Shown: positions 51,137 to 62,348, counted from the stretch's first letter. The stretch: 64,000 bases of DNA from Pueribacillus theae (GCF_003097615.1 NZ_QCZG01000013.1:16016-80015); one strand, 5' to 3'. Translations and numbers: made by a program. The notes: generated by a model not told the origin, from the letters alone.

Positions 51137-52772
51137 TTATCTTTTCTTTTTCATTGAGACGATGGCAATGAGGAATACAATAACCGGAATAATAAACCAC
51201 CACATCGTTCCTAATTTATGCACAATATTTTCAACTAGCGAACGTTCTACCGAAATCCTTCCATCTTCTGAAGTAATAACTACGTCTTGAACTTCAACTT
51301 TATTTGACATTTCTTTCAAATCAACCCATTCATATTCATCATAGGCTTTCATTTCCTCTATCGTTTCCTTTAGCAGTTCAATTCCTAAGTAAGGGTGATA
51401 AAAGAATGATAAGTAGCTGTCTGAAAATGATGAAACTTCCTCTGCTTTTTTAACGATGTTTTTATATGAATCTAGGTTGCTGCCATCAACATACCCTAAT
51501 GTTTCCGGAAGTAATGTCATTCCACCCAGATAGGATGGTGTACTTTCAAATAGAGGGGGAAAAGTTGCCTGATAGGTTTCATCGGATATTTGAATTTGCC
51601 CTACATACGTTGAGAAATAGTTTGCTAACTCTTTGTATCCTGTTGATGACATTGTATAGTGCGGGGCTTCGAATGCCAATGGGTACAACTTTTGCTCGAG
51701 TAATTCATCAACCCCTTGTTCCACTGTTGATTGAATATAATCCCTTTCAAATTGCAAGCCTTTCTTAACATATTCTTGAAATTCTTCATCAGATTCAAAG
51801 TCTTCCCGAAAGAATACAGGTTCTTCATTTTCTTGATAAACTGGCCGATCATACTTTACATCCCAATATTCAAAGCCTTCCCCAGTTTCATTCTCTCTAT
51901 AATTGATGCCGATAACCATGCATAACAATGCTTCCGCCATGTTCTTGCATATAGCGGAGGACTTTCACAATCTCCCTTGCATCGGGCATGTGGACTTCCT
52001 TTCCGGTCTCTGGGTTCTTATAAACGGGGATGACCGCAATCATGTATGGGATATTTTCCCCATATAAATAATCGGCAACAGCTTTTAATTTCTCAGGATC
52101 ACTGTTTGGATGAACATCTTCGATTCGCAAATATTTTTTAGGTTTTCCTTTTTCCGCTTGAAAAAAATCAAAAAGAGATTCACCTAAGTAATGGCTTTGG
52201 GGTCCATTCACTGATTCTGTCGCCATAAAGAAATCTGATTTTCGTTTAAAAATGGCAGGTAAGCTTTCATTTCCTGCTTTTCCTTCATATAACGTTTCAA
52301 CCGCTTCCTTCGCTTGATACGCAATCGCGGATAGGCCTATTGAAAGCTTCTGTTCCTGTCTCTGATTGCCAATATGCGTAAGTATTTTATATTCATCCCG
52401 TGTTAAAAAAGAGGTTCGCTTAAAATCGCTGATATGATTTCCAATGTAGAAAACTGGTCCTTCATAGCGATCAATCGCTTCAATTTCCTCATCTAAAAGC
52501 GGTTCCCTGCTCACGCCGAGATAAAAAACGTGTGAAAAGCCATTGATATTCTCTATATTGTCTATTTCCCCAACAGAAACCGTTGTGATTTCATTCGTAA
52601 AATGCCCAACAAGTAAATCCAAAACATGAACTTCTCTTTTTTGCTCTTCATTATCGGCATGATAAATCAGTAAAACATTTGGCTGCCCATTCTCTGCTTC
52701 AGCCTGTTTGGCCGGAAAGCAAAAAACAGTTGCTGCAATGCCTAATAAAAAGATAATCATTACTTTTCGCAT
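51137..52772 (-). pseudogene. YdaL-like DUF2334 (polysaccharide-deacetylase-like) gene split by a frameshift
   Basis: Two ORFs (51897..52772 and 51137..51940) overlap by 44 nt in different frames. Together they match the length of YdaL (~560 aa). Removing one T in CAATTATAG (about 51900) would read ...HGYRHQYRENETGEGFEYWDV continuously. Confidence 0.6.
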
Positions 52773-52787
52773 TCCTGTTTCCTCTTC

Positions 52788-53792
52788 TTAGTCGTTTTCT
52801 TTTAGCATTTGTTGGTAATGGATATAGTCAAAAAAGTGTGCTTTTCCAATCGTAGACTCATCTGCCAGTTGCTGCGCATGTTTTACTACTTCATTAGCCA
52901 AATCGTTTTTATTAATTTCTCTAAAGTATTGTTGCAAAAAATAATAAACGGATAGCGACTCATAATTGACAGTTGCCTCTTTCGTTTCGCGGTTATACCT
53001 TCCGTACAGCTTACCTTGACTGCGCCATTCCGTTGTCACCCACTCTTCAAACGACGGGGAAGGTTGACCGATGTTCTCCCTGTTTAAAGCAATCAAAAGC
53101 TGATCAATAAGATGGACTTCCTCACGATCATTAAACATCCCAGACTTTGTATCAAAATACTCCGGAAAAAATGTTAAGGAGCCATCAAGACTTTCCAACA
53201 ATTGCTTTGTTCCGTGATTGTCTGAAAATGCCGTGAAAAACTCTCGTGTTAAATAGCTTAATGTCACTCGACTCGCAGGAGAATCTGTTGACCAATCATA
53301 GAAATCAACGTAGTATCCATCTGGAGTTTGTTTTTTTTGGATTGATGATGCCAACTTCTTTGCCAACGTTTCATATGTAGGCTTGTTAAATACTTTGCTG
53401 GCCGATTGCAGCGCATCAATGATACGAAGATCGTCGATTAAGGCATTTACATTTGTAGCTTCATTTAATGCCCACTGAATGTAAAGATCGCCATTTTTCC
53501 GGACAATGAAGTAATCTTGTAATTGTTCTACCTGCTGTTCAAATGTGTTACGATCATGGACAAGGACTAAATATTGCATATACAAACCAATACTCTCAGA
53601 TAAATATTGAGAATTTTGCTGCTTAGGATAAGCATGAATTAGCCCTTGTTCGTTCATATAATTATTTTTCACAGTTGCTTGGACGCTTTCTTCTTTCCCG
53701 TCAATACCTAACCATTTGCCTATTCCATAAACAACTAAAAACATCAGAGCAACTCCAATTGCCCAATTTACCCATTTAGTCTTCAACATCAA
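52788..53792 (-). CDS. YdaJ-like glycoside hydrolase family 8-like protein (N-terminal TM anchor)
   Basis: 334 aa, alpha/alpha-barrel GH8-like. Sits in the ydaJKLM-like operon. Confidence 0.55.
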   Translation of the reverse strand: MMLKTKWVNWAIGVALMFLVVYGIGKWLGIDGKEESVQATVKNNYMNEQGLIHAYPKQQNSQYLSESIGLYMQYLVLVHDRNTFEQQVEQLQDYFIVRKNGDLYIQWALNEATNVNALIDDLRIIDALQSASKVFNKPTYETLAKKLASSIQKKQTPDGYYVDFYDWSTDSPASRVTLSYLTREFFTAFSDNHGTKQLLESLDGSLTFFPEYFDTKSGMFNDREEVHLIDQLLIALNRENIGQPSPSFEEWVTTEWRSQGKLYGRYNRETKEATVNYESLSVYYFLQQYFREINKNDLANEVVKHAQQLADESTIGKAHFFDYIHYQQMLKEND

Positions 53793-55023
53793 CTTTTTCC
53801 TTTACTTTAAATCGCTTCGTCTTATCCCAACCAATTGTTTTTCCCCGTATTCTGCTCCAAACGTACATCGGAAAGCTGCGAAGCAACAAAATAATAATAA
53901 ACACTTGAGCATACGTAAAATACATGACAAACGTATAAAAGACCGTCTTCACCGTAACATTCCGATCGATCACAATGGCACTCAAGAGTTGTGCAGTGTA
54001 GACGACATAGCTCATATACCATAGAAGAAATAAAGGTGTCGGTATAGAGGGGAATTTAAAACCAAATAAACTTAAAATAAAAAATACATCAGACACTAAA
54101 AGTAGCAAAATAAAGACAATATACGTCAATAAATGCTGAAGCGTGAGAACGAATGTCCTCCCTCTCCAATGCGAAAATTCACGAATCGATTTTTCTAATA
54201 GATAAATATTACCTGTTAGCCATCTTGTTCGTTGCTTGATAAACGTTTTTAGACGTTCAGGCTCTTGCTCCCATGTGCGGGAAACAGGAACAACTGGCAA
54301 TAAATATCCTGCTGCCGTAATGCGAACAGTAAGCTCAGCGTCTTCCGCAAGGGCATATACATCATAGCCACCGACTTCTGCTAATACCGAACGCTTTAAT
54401 AACATATTTGTTCCTGCCAGCGAGCCTAACTTAAATAACTTCCATCGGCCACATTGCATTAACAATTGAAAAACTTGAAACTCAAGCCCAATCATCCCTG
54501 TTAACGTATTTTTTCCTGCATTCATCGTTTTTACATAACCGACTGCCCCTGCCGCCTTTTCCGTGGATTCCGCTGCTTCGACCAACTTTTCGACTGCATC
54601 TGGTTCTGGTTGATTATCCGCATCATAGATGACAAAATAATCGGATTGCGAGATGCTTAAACCATAATTTAGAACGCGGGATTTCCCTTTTGGCTCTCCT
54701 GGCGGAACAGAAATATAGTGAATATGAGAAAAAACTTTTGAGAATTCCTTTGCAATATCAGCTGTATCATCTTCAGAGTTGTCATCTAATAAATAAATAT
54801 CTAATTTTCCTTGATATTGTAATCTCCCCATCGCTCTTAATGTATCTTCAATCACGACACCCTCATTGTGGGCAGGGATTAATACAGCGACACTCGGATA
54901 TTTATCTAATGCTGGATGATCTATATAACGGATTCGAAACCAAACACCCGCGAGTGTTATAATCGAATAATAAATAAGCAATCCCCAAAAAAATGCCATC
55001 GTAATGATTAGAAGCCAAGTCAT
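53776..55023 (-). CDS. family-2 glycosyltransferase, processive synthase-like (YdaM-like)
   Basis: 415 aa with GT-A motifs (DDNSEDDT, DAD, QRTRW-like QxxRW) and multiple TM helices. Confidence 0.75.
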   Translation of the reverse strand: MTWLLIITMAFFWGLLIYYSIITLAGVWFRIRYIDHPALDKYPSVAVLIPAHNEGVVIEDTLRAMGRLQYQGKLDIYLLDDNSEDDTADIAKEFSKVFSHIHYISVPPGEPKGKSRVLNYGLSISQSDYFVIYDADNQPEPDAVEKLVEAAESTEKAAGAVGYVKTMNAGKNTLTGMIGLEFQVFQLLMQCGRWKLFKLGSLAGTNMLLKRSVLAEVGGYDVYALAEDAELTVRITAAGYLLPVVPVSRTWEQEPERLKTFIKQRTRWLTGNIYLLEKSIREFSHWRGRTFVLTLQHLLTYIVFILLLLVSDVFFILSLFGFKFPSIPTPLFLLWYMSYVVYTAQLLSAIVIDRNVTVKTVFYTFVMYFTYAQVFIIILLLRSFPMYVWSRIRGKTIGWDKTKRFKVKEKVDVED

Positions 55024-55799
55024 TCCGCTTCCTCCCTCACTTTAGACAACTGGCTTAACTCTTTTACCATTTCCATTTTAATTTTGTAAGGGGTGTCGAC
55101 GAAATTTAATTCTTTTTTAGATAATTCATGAATCCGATTTAGAACAATTTCCACACCTTCTTCATGGGTATCTTTCAGCAAAATATAGATTGTATTCTTC
55201 GTGGCTGTAACTAAATCGAACTTCTCGCGAATAGATTGCAGCACAACTTTTTCAAGTAATTCCTGTAAATTTTTTTGAATTCGTTTATTTTTGTATGTTA
55301 TGGTTATTTCGACAAACCATGCTTCTCCATGCCCGCGCGCGATTGACTTTATGACCCATTCTGCTTGATTCATAAATTCATTTCTCGTTAAAATCCCCGT
55401 TTTTTGATTATATTTTTGTAATTCATGCACCTGTTCTATTAATCCATCAACCTTGTAACCAATTTTTTTAATATAATTTAATAAAATCCAAAAAGATAAA
55501 ATAAAGCTTGTAAACAGCAAATGATTATAAACATATAGCAATTGAACATCGGATGTTTCAATATGTAAAAAGGCTTGTACTGTAAGAAAAATACCATAAC
55601 AAAGCACTAAAGTAACCGCATATAGAAAAGCAAAACGCTCCCTAACCAATGCCATGAATAAAATGGATAGAAGCGCTACAAGAATAGCCTCGCCAGAAAA
55701 AGGCAATTGTAAATAAACAAAAAACCACCCATTAATTAAAAGAAAAATAATGAGTAATCCGATTACAAAATTATATTTCAATACATTCATCCCCTGCAT
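55020..55799 (-). CDS. YdaK-like membrane protein with a degenerate GGDEF-like domain (putative c-di-GMP receptor)
   Basis: 259 aa with four N-terminal TM helices and a cytoplasmic domain. First gene of the operon, overlapping the GT2 gene by 4 nt. Confidence 0.55.
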   Translation of the reverse strand: MQGMNVLKYNFVIGLLIIFLLINGWFFVYLQLPFSGEAILVALLSILFMALVRERFAFLYAVTLVLCYGIFLTVQAFLHIETSDVQLLYVYNHLLFTSFILSFWILLNYIKKIGYKVDGLIEQVHELQKYNQKTGILTRNEFMNQAEWVIKSIARGHGEAWFVEITITYKNKRIQKNLQELLEKVVLQSIREKFDLVTATKNTIYILLKDTHEEGVEIVLNRIHELSKKELNFVDTPYKIKMEMVKELSQLSKVREEAE

Positions 55800-56203
55800 G
55801 TAATCCTGTTATTAAAAAACCTCCGCCAAACCCACCTTTTTGATATTAAACACCTGACGATAACTGGTAAACTTCCCTTTCTATTGCATAATACCTTATT
55901 TATTTTTAAAAAACTATTTTAAAAGAAATAAAATAGCTTTTCATAAACAACAATTCCTTAAATAGACATATTTCGCGAGGTAGCGGTAAGAATCTATTAA
56001 AAGCGTAACTGCAACAACATATTTTTAAAACATACTGTATTTTCCAAATTTACAATGTCAAAAATCACTGTTTTAAGAATATACTCATAAAGTAGTTCTT
56101 GCAGTAATAAAGTAAAAAGGCAATAATGTTAGTGGACATTCAACAATTTTTAATAAATTTCAGATAACATTATTGGCTAAAAAATTATAAAAAAGGAATT
56201 AAA

Positions 56204-56854
56204 ATGATGGATTTAATCAAGCATTTAATCAGCTTCATCTTGCATATCGACGAACATCTAGTCGATATTATTCAAATCTTCGATTTATGGTCATATGCAG
56301 TATTATTTTTCATTGTTTTTATTGAAACGGGTGTTGTTATCTTTCCTTTTTTGCCTGGCGACTCTTTATTGTTTGCGAGTGGTGCTTTTGCAGCAGTAGG
56401 CGCCTTTAACATCCTATTTCTTCTCTGCATTTTTTTTGCTGCTGCTGTTATCGGAGATACTGTCAATTACCATATTGGCAAAAAAGTTGGGACATCGATT
56501 CCACCAGATAGCTGGTTTGGAAAGTTGGTAAACAAAGAAAAAATGGCCAAAGCAGAGGAATTCTTTAATAAACATGGAGGCAAAACAATTGTATTGGCCC
56601 GGTTTATGCCATTTGTCCGTACATTTGCACCGTTTGTAGCGGGGGCTAGCCGAATGAACTATCGTTATTTTATCGCCTACAATGTAATCGGTGCAGCGCT
56701 TTGGGTGAGCCTATGCACGATGGCTGGATATTTCTTTGGGAATATACGTGTTATAAAAAATAACTTCTCAACAGTCATTTTACTTATCATCTTTTTGTCT
56801 GTTTTGCCCTCACTAATCGGTTTTATTAGAAGCCGGTTAGCAAAGACCTACTAA
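56204..56854 (+). CDS. DedA-family membrane protein
   Basis: 216 aa with the DedA/SNARE-associated signature (FIETGVVIFPFLPGDSLLF, LARFMPFVRTF). The terminator at 56855-56890 follows. Confidence 0.8.
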   Translation: MMDLIKHLISFILHIDEHLVDIIQIFDLWSYAVLFFIVFIETGVVIFPFLPGDSLLFASGAFAAVGAFNILFLLCIFFAAAVIGDTVNYHIGKKVGTSIPPDSWFGKLVNKEKMAKAEEFFNKHGGKTIVLARFMPFVRTFAPFVAGASRMNYRYFIAYNVIGAALWVSLCTMAGYFFGNIRVIKNNFSTVILLIIFLSVLPSLIGFIRSRLAKTY

Positions 56855-56890
56855 AAGCCCTCGCCCCATGTCAAGGGCTTCTTTCTTTTA
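56855..56890 (+). terminator. dedA terminator AAGCCCTcgccccatgtcAAGGGCTT plus T-rich tract
   Basis: 7-bp stem then CTTTCTTTTAT. A second bidirectional hairpin lies at 56916-56951 (ATCACCACTTC/GAAGTGGTGAT plus TTTTTT). Confidence 0.55.
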
Positions 56891-57004
56891 TAAATATAAG
56901 AAATGGAAAAAAATGATCACCACTTCTAAATTTATTGAAGTGGTGATTTTTTGCATGTTTCAAGGAATCTTCTAAAAATTACCGATTTTGCAATCCCCTT
57001 TTTA

Positions 57005-57033
57005 ATTGACAAACAAACTATTTGAATATAACA
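57005..57033 (+). promoter_or_regulatory. sigma-A-type promoter TTGACA-17-TAACAT upstream of atoE
   Basis: Canonical -35 hexamer and 17-nt spacer, about 85 nt upstream of the atoE start. Confidence 0.45.
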
Positions 57034-57116
57034 TTTTGTTATTAATTGTCTAACTACATGCTAATCTTTGGCTTTAATATATTACTAGATAAAAGGGTAT
57101 AAAAGGGGGAACAAAC

Positions 57117-58448
57117 ATGCAGAAAGTGACGAACTTTTTTACAACGATCATGAGAAAGTATTTACCAGACCCTTTTGTTTTTGCAATTGGACTTACACTA
57201 TTAACGATGGTATTAGCTATGGCGGTGGAAGGGCAAGGGTTTAAAGAGGTCGCAACGAGTTGGGGAAATGGGTTTTGGGACTTGCTTGCCTTTACTACAC
57301 AAATGGCTGTTATATTAGCAATGGGATACGTGCTGGCTACTGCACCTATTACTGATAAATTGCTTAATAAGATTACTAGCTTTGTGCATACGCCGAAAAT
57401 GGCAATTATCGTTGCCACTTTAGTCGGTGGAATCGGGAGTTATTTAAACTGGGGATTTGGACTAGTCATTGGTGGGATCATTGCAAAAAAATTAGCAACT
57501 AAAATTAAAGGAATTCACTATCCTTTAATTATTGCTGCTGCATATAGTGGTTTTACTTTTTACGGATTAGGATTTTCTTCAAGTATTCCAGTATTGATCT
57601 CCACACCAGGACATCCGATGGAAGGTGATATGGGGATTATCCCGCTTGCGGAGACAATCTTTTCATTACCAATGATGATTACTACAATTGTTCTTCTTGT
57701 TACTCTGCCTTTAGTGAATGCAATGCTACATCCTAAGAAAAAAGAAGACATTATTGAATTTAATCCCGCACTCTATACGGAAAAGAAGGAAGCTGCCTTA
57801 GAGTTAACGGAAGATAATACCTTGGCAACAAGATTGAATAATAGCCGGTTGTTATCTTATACAATCGGCATCATCGGTATCCTTTATGTATTCTGGTATT
57901 TTACAGATGGAAATACATTAAACTTGAATATTGTTAACTTTATCATTTTATTTTTAGGTATCATTTTATTAGGTACCCCATCTAAATATGTACAAAGTTT
58001 AACGGAAGGGATTAAAACGATTTCCGGGATCATCCTTCAATACCCTTTCTATGCTGGCATTATGGCCATTATGGCCGCATCAGGTTTAGTAGATACGATT
58101 GCAGGGGGCTTTGTAAACTTTTCATCAGCAGAAACTCTACCATTTTGGGGTCTAGTTAGTTCTTTCTTTATTAATTTCTTTGCTCCATCTGGTGGCGGGC
58201 ACTGGGTAGTCCAAGGTCCATTCATGATTGATGCGGCAAAAGAATTAGGTGCTTCTATAAGTTCAACATCCATGTCTGTCATGTTGGGGAACGCATGGAA
58301 TGACCTCGTTCAACCATTCTGGATTCTGCCTGCGTTAGCACTTTCTAAACTAAAACTAAAAGACATTATGGGATATTTGGTCATGATGATGTTCTATGTA
58401 GGAATGATCTATATTATTGCTGTTTTATGTATGGGCTATTTCTTTTAA
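57117..58448 (+). CDS. atoE: short-chain fatty acid transporter AtoE family
   Basis: 443-aa polytopic protein with the AtoE family signature. RBS AAAGGGGG. Confidence 0.75.
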   Translation: MQKVTNFFTTIMRKYLPDPFVFAIGLTLLTMVLAMAVEGQGFKEVATSWGNGFWDLLAFTTQMAVILAMGYVLATAPITDKLLNKITSFVHTPKMAIIVATLVGGIGSYLNWGFGLVIGGIIAKKLATKIKGIHYPLIIAAAYSGFTFYGLGFSSSIPVLISTPGHPMEGDMGIIPLAETIFSLPMMITTIVLLVTLPLVNAMLHPKKKEDIIEFNPALYTEKKEAALELTEDNTLATRLNNSRLLSYTIGIIGILYVFWYFTDGNTLNLNIVNFIILFLGIILLGTPSKYVQSLTEGIKTISGIILQYPFYAGIMAIMAASGLVDTIAGGFVNFSSAETLPFWGLVSSFFINFFAPSGGGHWVVQGPFMIDAAKELGASISSTSMSVMLGNAWNDLVQPFWILPALALSKLKLKDIMGYLVMMMFYVGMIYIIAVLCMGYFF

Positions 58449-58470
58449 TATTTAAATTGGAGGTATTCTT

Positions 58471-59148
58471 ATGAGGGTTGTAGATTTATCTGTACTATTA
58501 TACGATGGCCTTGTTTCATTTCCTTCACATCCTAAAGTGGTGATGATGGACCATATTACACACGACTTTTCAAAACCGAGATACCAGGCACCATGTGAAG
58601 GTTATGCAAGTAAAATGATTATGATGTCGGATCATAGTGGTACACATATGGATGCACCTTACCATTTCTTTAAGGACGGCTTAACAGTCGAGAATATTCC
58701 AATCGAAGCGACGATGGGCAATGCCGTATTGATTGATGTTTCTGATAAAGGTTCGAACGAACCAGTAACAAAAGAAATGATAGAAAAAGTTGTAGAAAAA
58801 GAGCAGCTAGAAATTAAAGAAAATGATATTGTTCTCTTCCGATGCTGGCCTGGCGAGTGGAATGCGGAGGGCTTTCATGACTGTAAATCATTAGCCCCAT
58901 CTGTAGCGGAATGGGTTCTTGAGAAGAAGGTTAAAGCAATTGGACTCGATTTACCGAACGCAGACATCAATGATAACATGCAGCGGACTGTTCATTTAGC
59001 ATTACTTAGCCGGAATATCTTAATCATGGAAAATATTGTGAATCTAGAAAAACTATCTAAAAAACGGTTCTATTTTATTGGTACCCCTTTAAATTTGAAA
59101 GGTCTTACTGGCTCACCGATTCGGGCGTTAGCTATTGAAGAATGGTAA
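58471..59148 (+). CDS. cyclase-family protein (kynurenine formamidase-like metal-dependent hydrolase)
   Basis: 225 aa with the HxGTHxDxPxH motif (SDHSGTHMDAPYH). RBS GGAGGT. Lies 22 nt after atoE. Confidence 0.75.
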   Translation: MRVVDLSVLLYDGLVSFPSHPKVVMMDHITHDFSKPRYQAPCEGYASKMIMMSDHSGTHMDAPYHFFKDGLTVENIPIEATMGNAVLIDVSDKGSNEPVTKEMIEKVVEKEQLEIKENDIVLFRCWPGEWNAEGFHDCKSLAPSVAEWVLEKKVKAIGLDLPNADINDNMQRTVHLALLSRNILIMENIVNLEKLSKKRFYFIGTPLNLKGLTGSPIRALAIEEW

Positions 59149-59192
59149 TTCATTCAAAAAAATTGGGGCTGCCTAATAAATCCCTAAAATGA

Positions 59193-59237
59193 AAGCGAGA
59201 GAAGAAAAGCATCACGCCTTTCTTCTCTCGCTTTTTA
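59193..59237. terminator. bidirectional terminator AAGCGAGAGAAGAAA...TTTCTTCTCTCGCTT
   Basis: 15-bp perfect stem with T-runs on both strands. Lies between the convergent cyclase and membrane-protein genes. Confidence 0.7.
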
Positions 59238-59765
59238 TTTTGTAGTGGATTTCTTGGACAGCCCAGTTATCCAGAAACATGTAACAAAAGCGACTAAAGA
59301 AACAAACATCGCAAATATTAGCCCAAAAAAAGCCATACCTGTGTCATGTTCTGGTGTACCTGGTTCAAGGGTCACCAGCATATAGAGGAAGATAAGGAGA
59401 AGCAGGAAATAAAAACTGCTGCCAACTGATCCCATGATGAAAGATTCTCTCCGGCCCCTGTTCACTGCTTCGCGGAAAACGAACCATAGATAAATGCTTA
59501 AAACTGTTGCAAGAAACATCACAACTAGATGAAAGAATGGAATTGGTAACATTCCTGTCAAAATAAAAGCGGCTGCTGCCAGCCCAAATAAAAAAGCGTT
59601 TAAAAAAAATAAAAAAATGCCGGCAAGCCATTCATTCTGAAACCAGCTAAAGCTCTCTAATTTTCTAACGAAAAAAGAATTTGAATGGACAAAACGGGCA
59701 AGTCTCCGCTTGTTTAATAAAACGATCAAAACAAATAAGCACCCAATTAGTAATAAAGTAGACAT
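59235..59765 (-). CDS. hypothetical membrane protein (176 aa, 4-5 TM)
   Basis: Hydrophobic ORF, last gene of the PadR-led operon. Confidence 0.5.
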   Translation of the reverse strand: MSTLLLIGCLFVLIVLLNKRRLARFVHSNSFFVRKLESFSWFQNEWLAGIFLFFLNAFLFGLAAAAFILTGMLPIPFFHLVVMFLATVLSIYLWFVFREAVNRGRRESFIMGSVGSSFYFLLLLIFLYMLVTLEPGTPEHDTGMAFFGLIFAMFVSLVAFVTCFWITGLSKKSTTK

Positions 59766-59785
59766 ACCTAGCTCCTTTCAAAAAC

Positions 59786-60085
59786 CTAGGAATTTTTTAT
59801 AAACGGATCACAAAGATAAGGAGGAATTCCGGCCTCTGGCAACATAAAGGCAAAAAGAAAGAAAAAGATCATAAGCCAAGCGATGATAACAACAATCAGT
59901 GACAAAATAGGATAAAGATTTCTTGCAAACGAATAGACACCAAGCTGCAAACTGGCAATAGCAAGTAGAAGAGTTATCATTGCGGCAATAATTGGGTCCA
60001 TCTTAGCCACAGCAGCGGATAGAAACAGCGAAAAATAAATCAATTGCATGAGAATGGCTATACAAGGGATTAACGCTTTCTTCAT
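59786..60085 (-). CDS. hypothetical small membrane protein (99 aa, 3 TM)
   Basis: Hydrophobic ORF between the DUF1700 gene and the 176-aa gene. Confidence 0.45.
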   Translation of the reverse strand: MKKALIPCIAILMQLIYFSLFLSAAVAKMDPIIAAMITLLLAIASLQLGVYSFARNLYPILSLIVVIIAWLMIFFFLFAFMLPEAGIPPYLCDPFIKNS

Positions 60086-60173
60086 ATTTTTCTCCTTAGT
60101 TTTTTAAGATGAATGCTCATTACGGAATGAGTATACCTAGCTAATCTATGTATAAGGGTAAAAATTTCAGGCC

Positions 60174-60815
60174 TTATACGGCCTGATGCCTTCCAAAATA
60201 ATAACCGAATTGACTAAACGGATAGAATAAGAGTGTAACGCCGAGGCAAGCCACTACAAAAGATGGGGTTAAAAAAGGGCTAAACCATTGGGTAGGAAAT
60301 ACCCCGTAAAGAATCCCAAACATTAACACCAAATTTGGGATAAGGGCGCAACTCATTGTTTCAAAAAGGATTCTCTTCCCTTTCGCACCAAACTCTTTAC
60401 CGATTTGATAGCCAATAAACAACCAAAAACCAGTATACATGAATAGGATAAGCAAGCTGTATTGTCCGAGCACTTCCCAAGCAATCTGCAAAAATGGCAT
60501 ATTACCAAGATGATAACATACTGTTAAGCAGGCCCCCATCAAAAAAAGAAAATGGTTGCTTAAAACAAGCCAAAGTTTAACTTTGTTAGGTGCTGTTGTA
60601 CATATCTTTCCAAATTGGGCAGCCAATTCGTTTGGATGGCCAAATTGCTCGATCATGGCTTGTACAGCTTCTGGTTCACTCATTCCTTTTCTCAGCAAAT
60701 CCGCCATTTCTTCTTCAATATGTACGATAAGTTCAGCCATAATTAATTCCTTTTCAGGGTGAGCTTCCATCTCTTGCTCGAACTGCTTGATATACTTTTC
60801 TTTTGTCTGAATCAT
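60174..60815 (-). CDS. DUF1700-like membrane protein (N-terminal cytoplasmic helical domain plus C-terminal TM region), PadR partner
   Basis: The ORF extends to 60866. I prefer the ATG at 60815 ([13 protein letters not shown]...), which forms an ATGA overlap with the padR stop. Confidence 0.55.
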   Translation of the reverse strand: MIQTKEKYIKQFEQEMEAHPEKELIMAELIVHIEEEMADLLRKGMSEPEAVQAMIEQFGHPNELAAQFGKICTTAPNKVKLWLVLSNHFLFLMGACLTVCYHLGNMPFLQIAWEVLGQYSLLILFMYTGFWLFIGYQIGKEFGAKGKRILFETMSCALIPNLVLMFGILYGVFPTQWFSPFLTPSFVVACLGVTLLFYPFSQFGYYFGRHQAV

Positions 60816-61144
60816 GGCCCGCTTCTTCCCAACATCTGATTCATCATATTCGAAAAGGACATCCATTCTTTTGTTTTTTCTTGCAACAATTTTTTCCCGG
60901 CAGATGTCAACTTATAATACTTTCTTGCAGGGCCTTTTTCCTTTTTCTCCCAGTAAGCTTCAACATAACCTTGTTGCTCAAGTTTATGCAAGGCGGGATA
61001 TAACGTTCCTTCTTTCACTTGTAACGTATTTTGGCTCCTTTTTTCCATTTCTTTGACAAGCTCATAACCGTACATCGCTCGTTCGTTAAGCAATTGCAAC
61101 AGTAATAATGAGGTACTGCCTTTTAAAAGCTCTCGGTTATACAT
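60812..61144 (-). CDS. PadR-family transcriptional regulator
   Basis: 110 aa with a winged-HTH PadR signature ([20 protein letters not shown]...[16 protein letters not shown]). Confidence 0.85.
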   Translation of the reverse strand: MYNRELLKGSTSLLLLQLLNERAMYGYELVKEMEKRSQNTLQVKEGTLYPALHKLEQQGYVEAYWEKKEKGPARKYYKLTSAGKKLLQEKTKEWMSFSNMMNQMLGRSGP

Positions 61145-61532
61145 ACACCCACCTACCTAGATTTAATAGGTACATTCAAGAATATATTATTTCACTTTGT
61201 AATTGATGTCAACCCTTGATAATATAAGTGACAACCGAATGATACTTCATTACGGATAATTAATGGCTTTTTAACATTTTTCTTCAAGCGAATAACTTAA
61301 AGCAAAGGGATTTAACACCGTGCCTAATGGGTAAAATACATTTATCGCAAGAAGGATGGCAGTAACGTTTCACAAACAGGATAAATCTTTTTTTAATGAT
61401 AGAACGAAAAAAAGAATGTTCGTTTTTTATTGTAATATCATGATAATGAAGTTCGGCAATCCAAGAAAGTGAAAAACCGTTTCAAACGCAATCTATTTTT
61501 ATAAATTTCGTAAAAGGAGCCCTTTTTTCATT

Positions 61533-62348
61533 ATGGTAGATTTTTTTAAGAGTTTTGACCCAATTACACAAGCTTTCATCGCTACATTATTCACGTGGGG
61601 AATGACAGCATTGGGGGCTTCAGTCGTTTTTGCTACAAAAACGTTAAACCAACGATTGCTGGATAGCATGTTAGGCTTTGCAGCCGGTGTCATGATTGCA
61701 GCCAGCTACTGGTCGCTGCTTTCTCCGGCCATAGAAATGTCGGGTGGCAATCCAATAGGAAAATGGTTCCCGGCTGCGTTTGGTTTTGTATTAGGAGGGA
61801 TTTTTTTGTGGGGAATTGATAAAATATTACCTCATCTCCATCCAAACGCACCGATAGGCCAAGGAGAGGGATTTGAATTTAAAAAAAGAAAAAGGAGTAC
61901 CTTGTTAGTGCTTGCGATAACATTACATAACATTCCGGAAGGATTAGCTGTCGGGATTGCTTTCGGTGCACTAGCAAATGGAGGAACGGAAGCATCTCTA
62001 GCAAGTGCCATAACGTTAGCCATAGGAATCGGCATTCAAAACTTTCCCGAAGGTGTGGCCGTGTCCATGCCTTTGAGGGGGGATGGAATGTCACGCAGCA
62101 CAAGTTTCTTCTACGGGCAGCTCTCAGGCATGGTCGAACCGATTGCAGCGATGATTGGTGCATTCGCTGTCGCATTTATTGAACCATTATTACCCTACGC
62201 ATTAAGCTTTGCCGCTGGAGCCATGATCTTTGTTGTAGCGGAAGAAGTTATCCCGAGCTCACAGGAAAAAGGCAATAAAGACCTGGCTTCAATGAGTTTG
62301 ATGTTTGGTTTTGTTTTAATGATGATTTTGGATGTGGCGTTGGGGTAG
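61533..62348 (+). CDS. zupT: ZIP-family divalent metal transporter (ZupT-like)
   Basis: 271 aa, 8 TM, with the [10 protein letters not shown] and HNFPEG motifs typical of ZIP transporters. Confidence 0.8.
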   Translation: MVDFFKSFDPITQAFIATLFTWGMTALGASVVFATKTLNQRLLDSMLGFAAGVMIAASYWSLLSPAIEMSGGNPIGKWFPAAFGFVLGGIFLWGIDKILPHLHPNAPIGQGEGFEFKKRKRSTLLVLAITLHNIPEGLAVGIAFGALANGGTEASLASAITLAIGIGIQNFPEGVAVSMPLRGDGMSRSTSFFYGQLSGMVEPIAAMIGAFAVAFIEPLLPYALSFAAGAMIFVVAEEVIPSSQEKGNKDLASMSLMFGFVLMMILDVALG

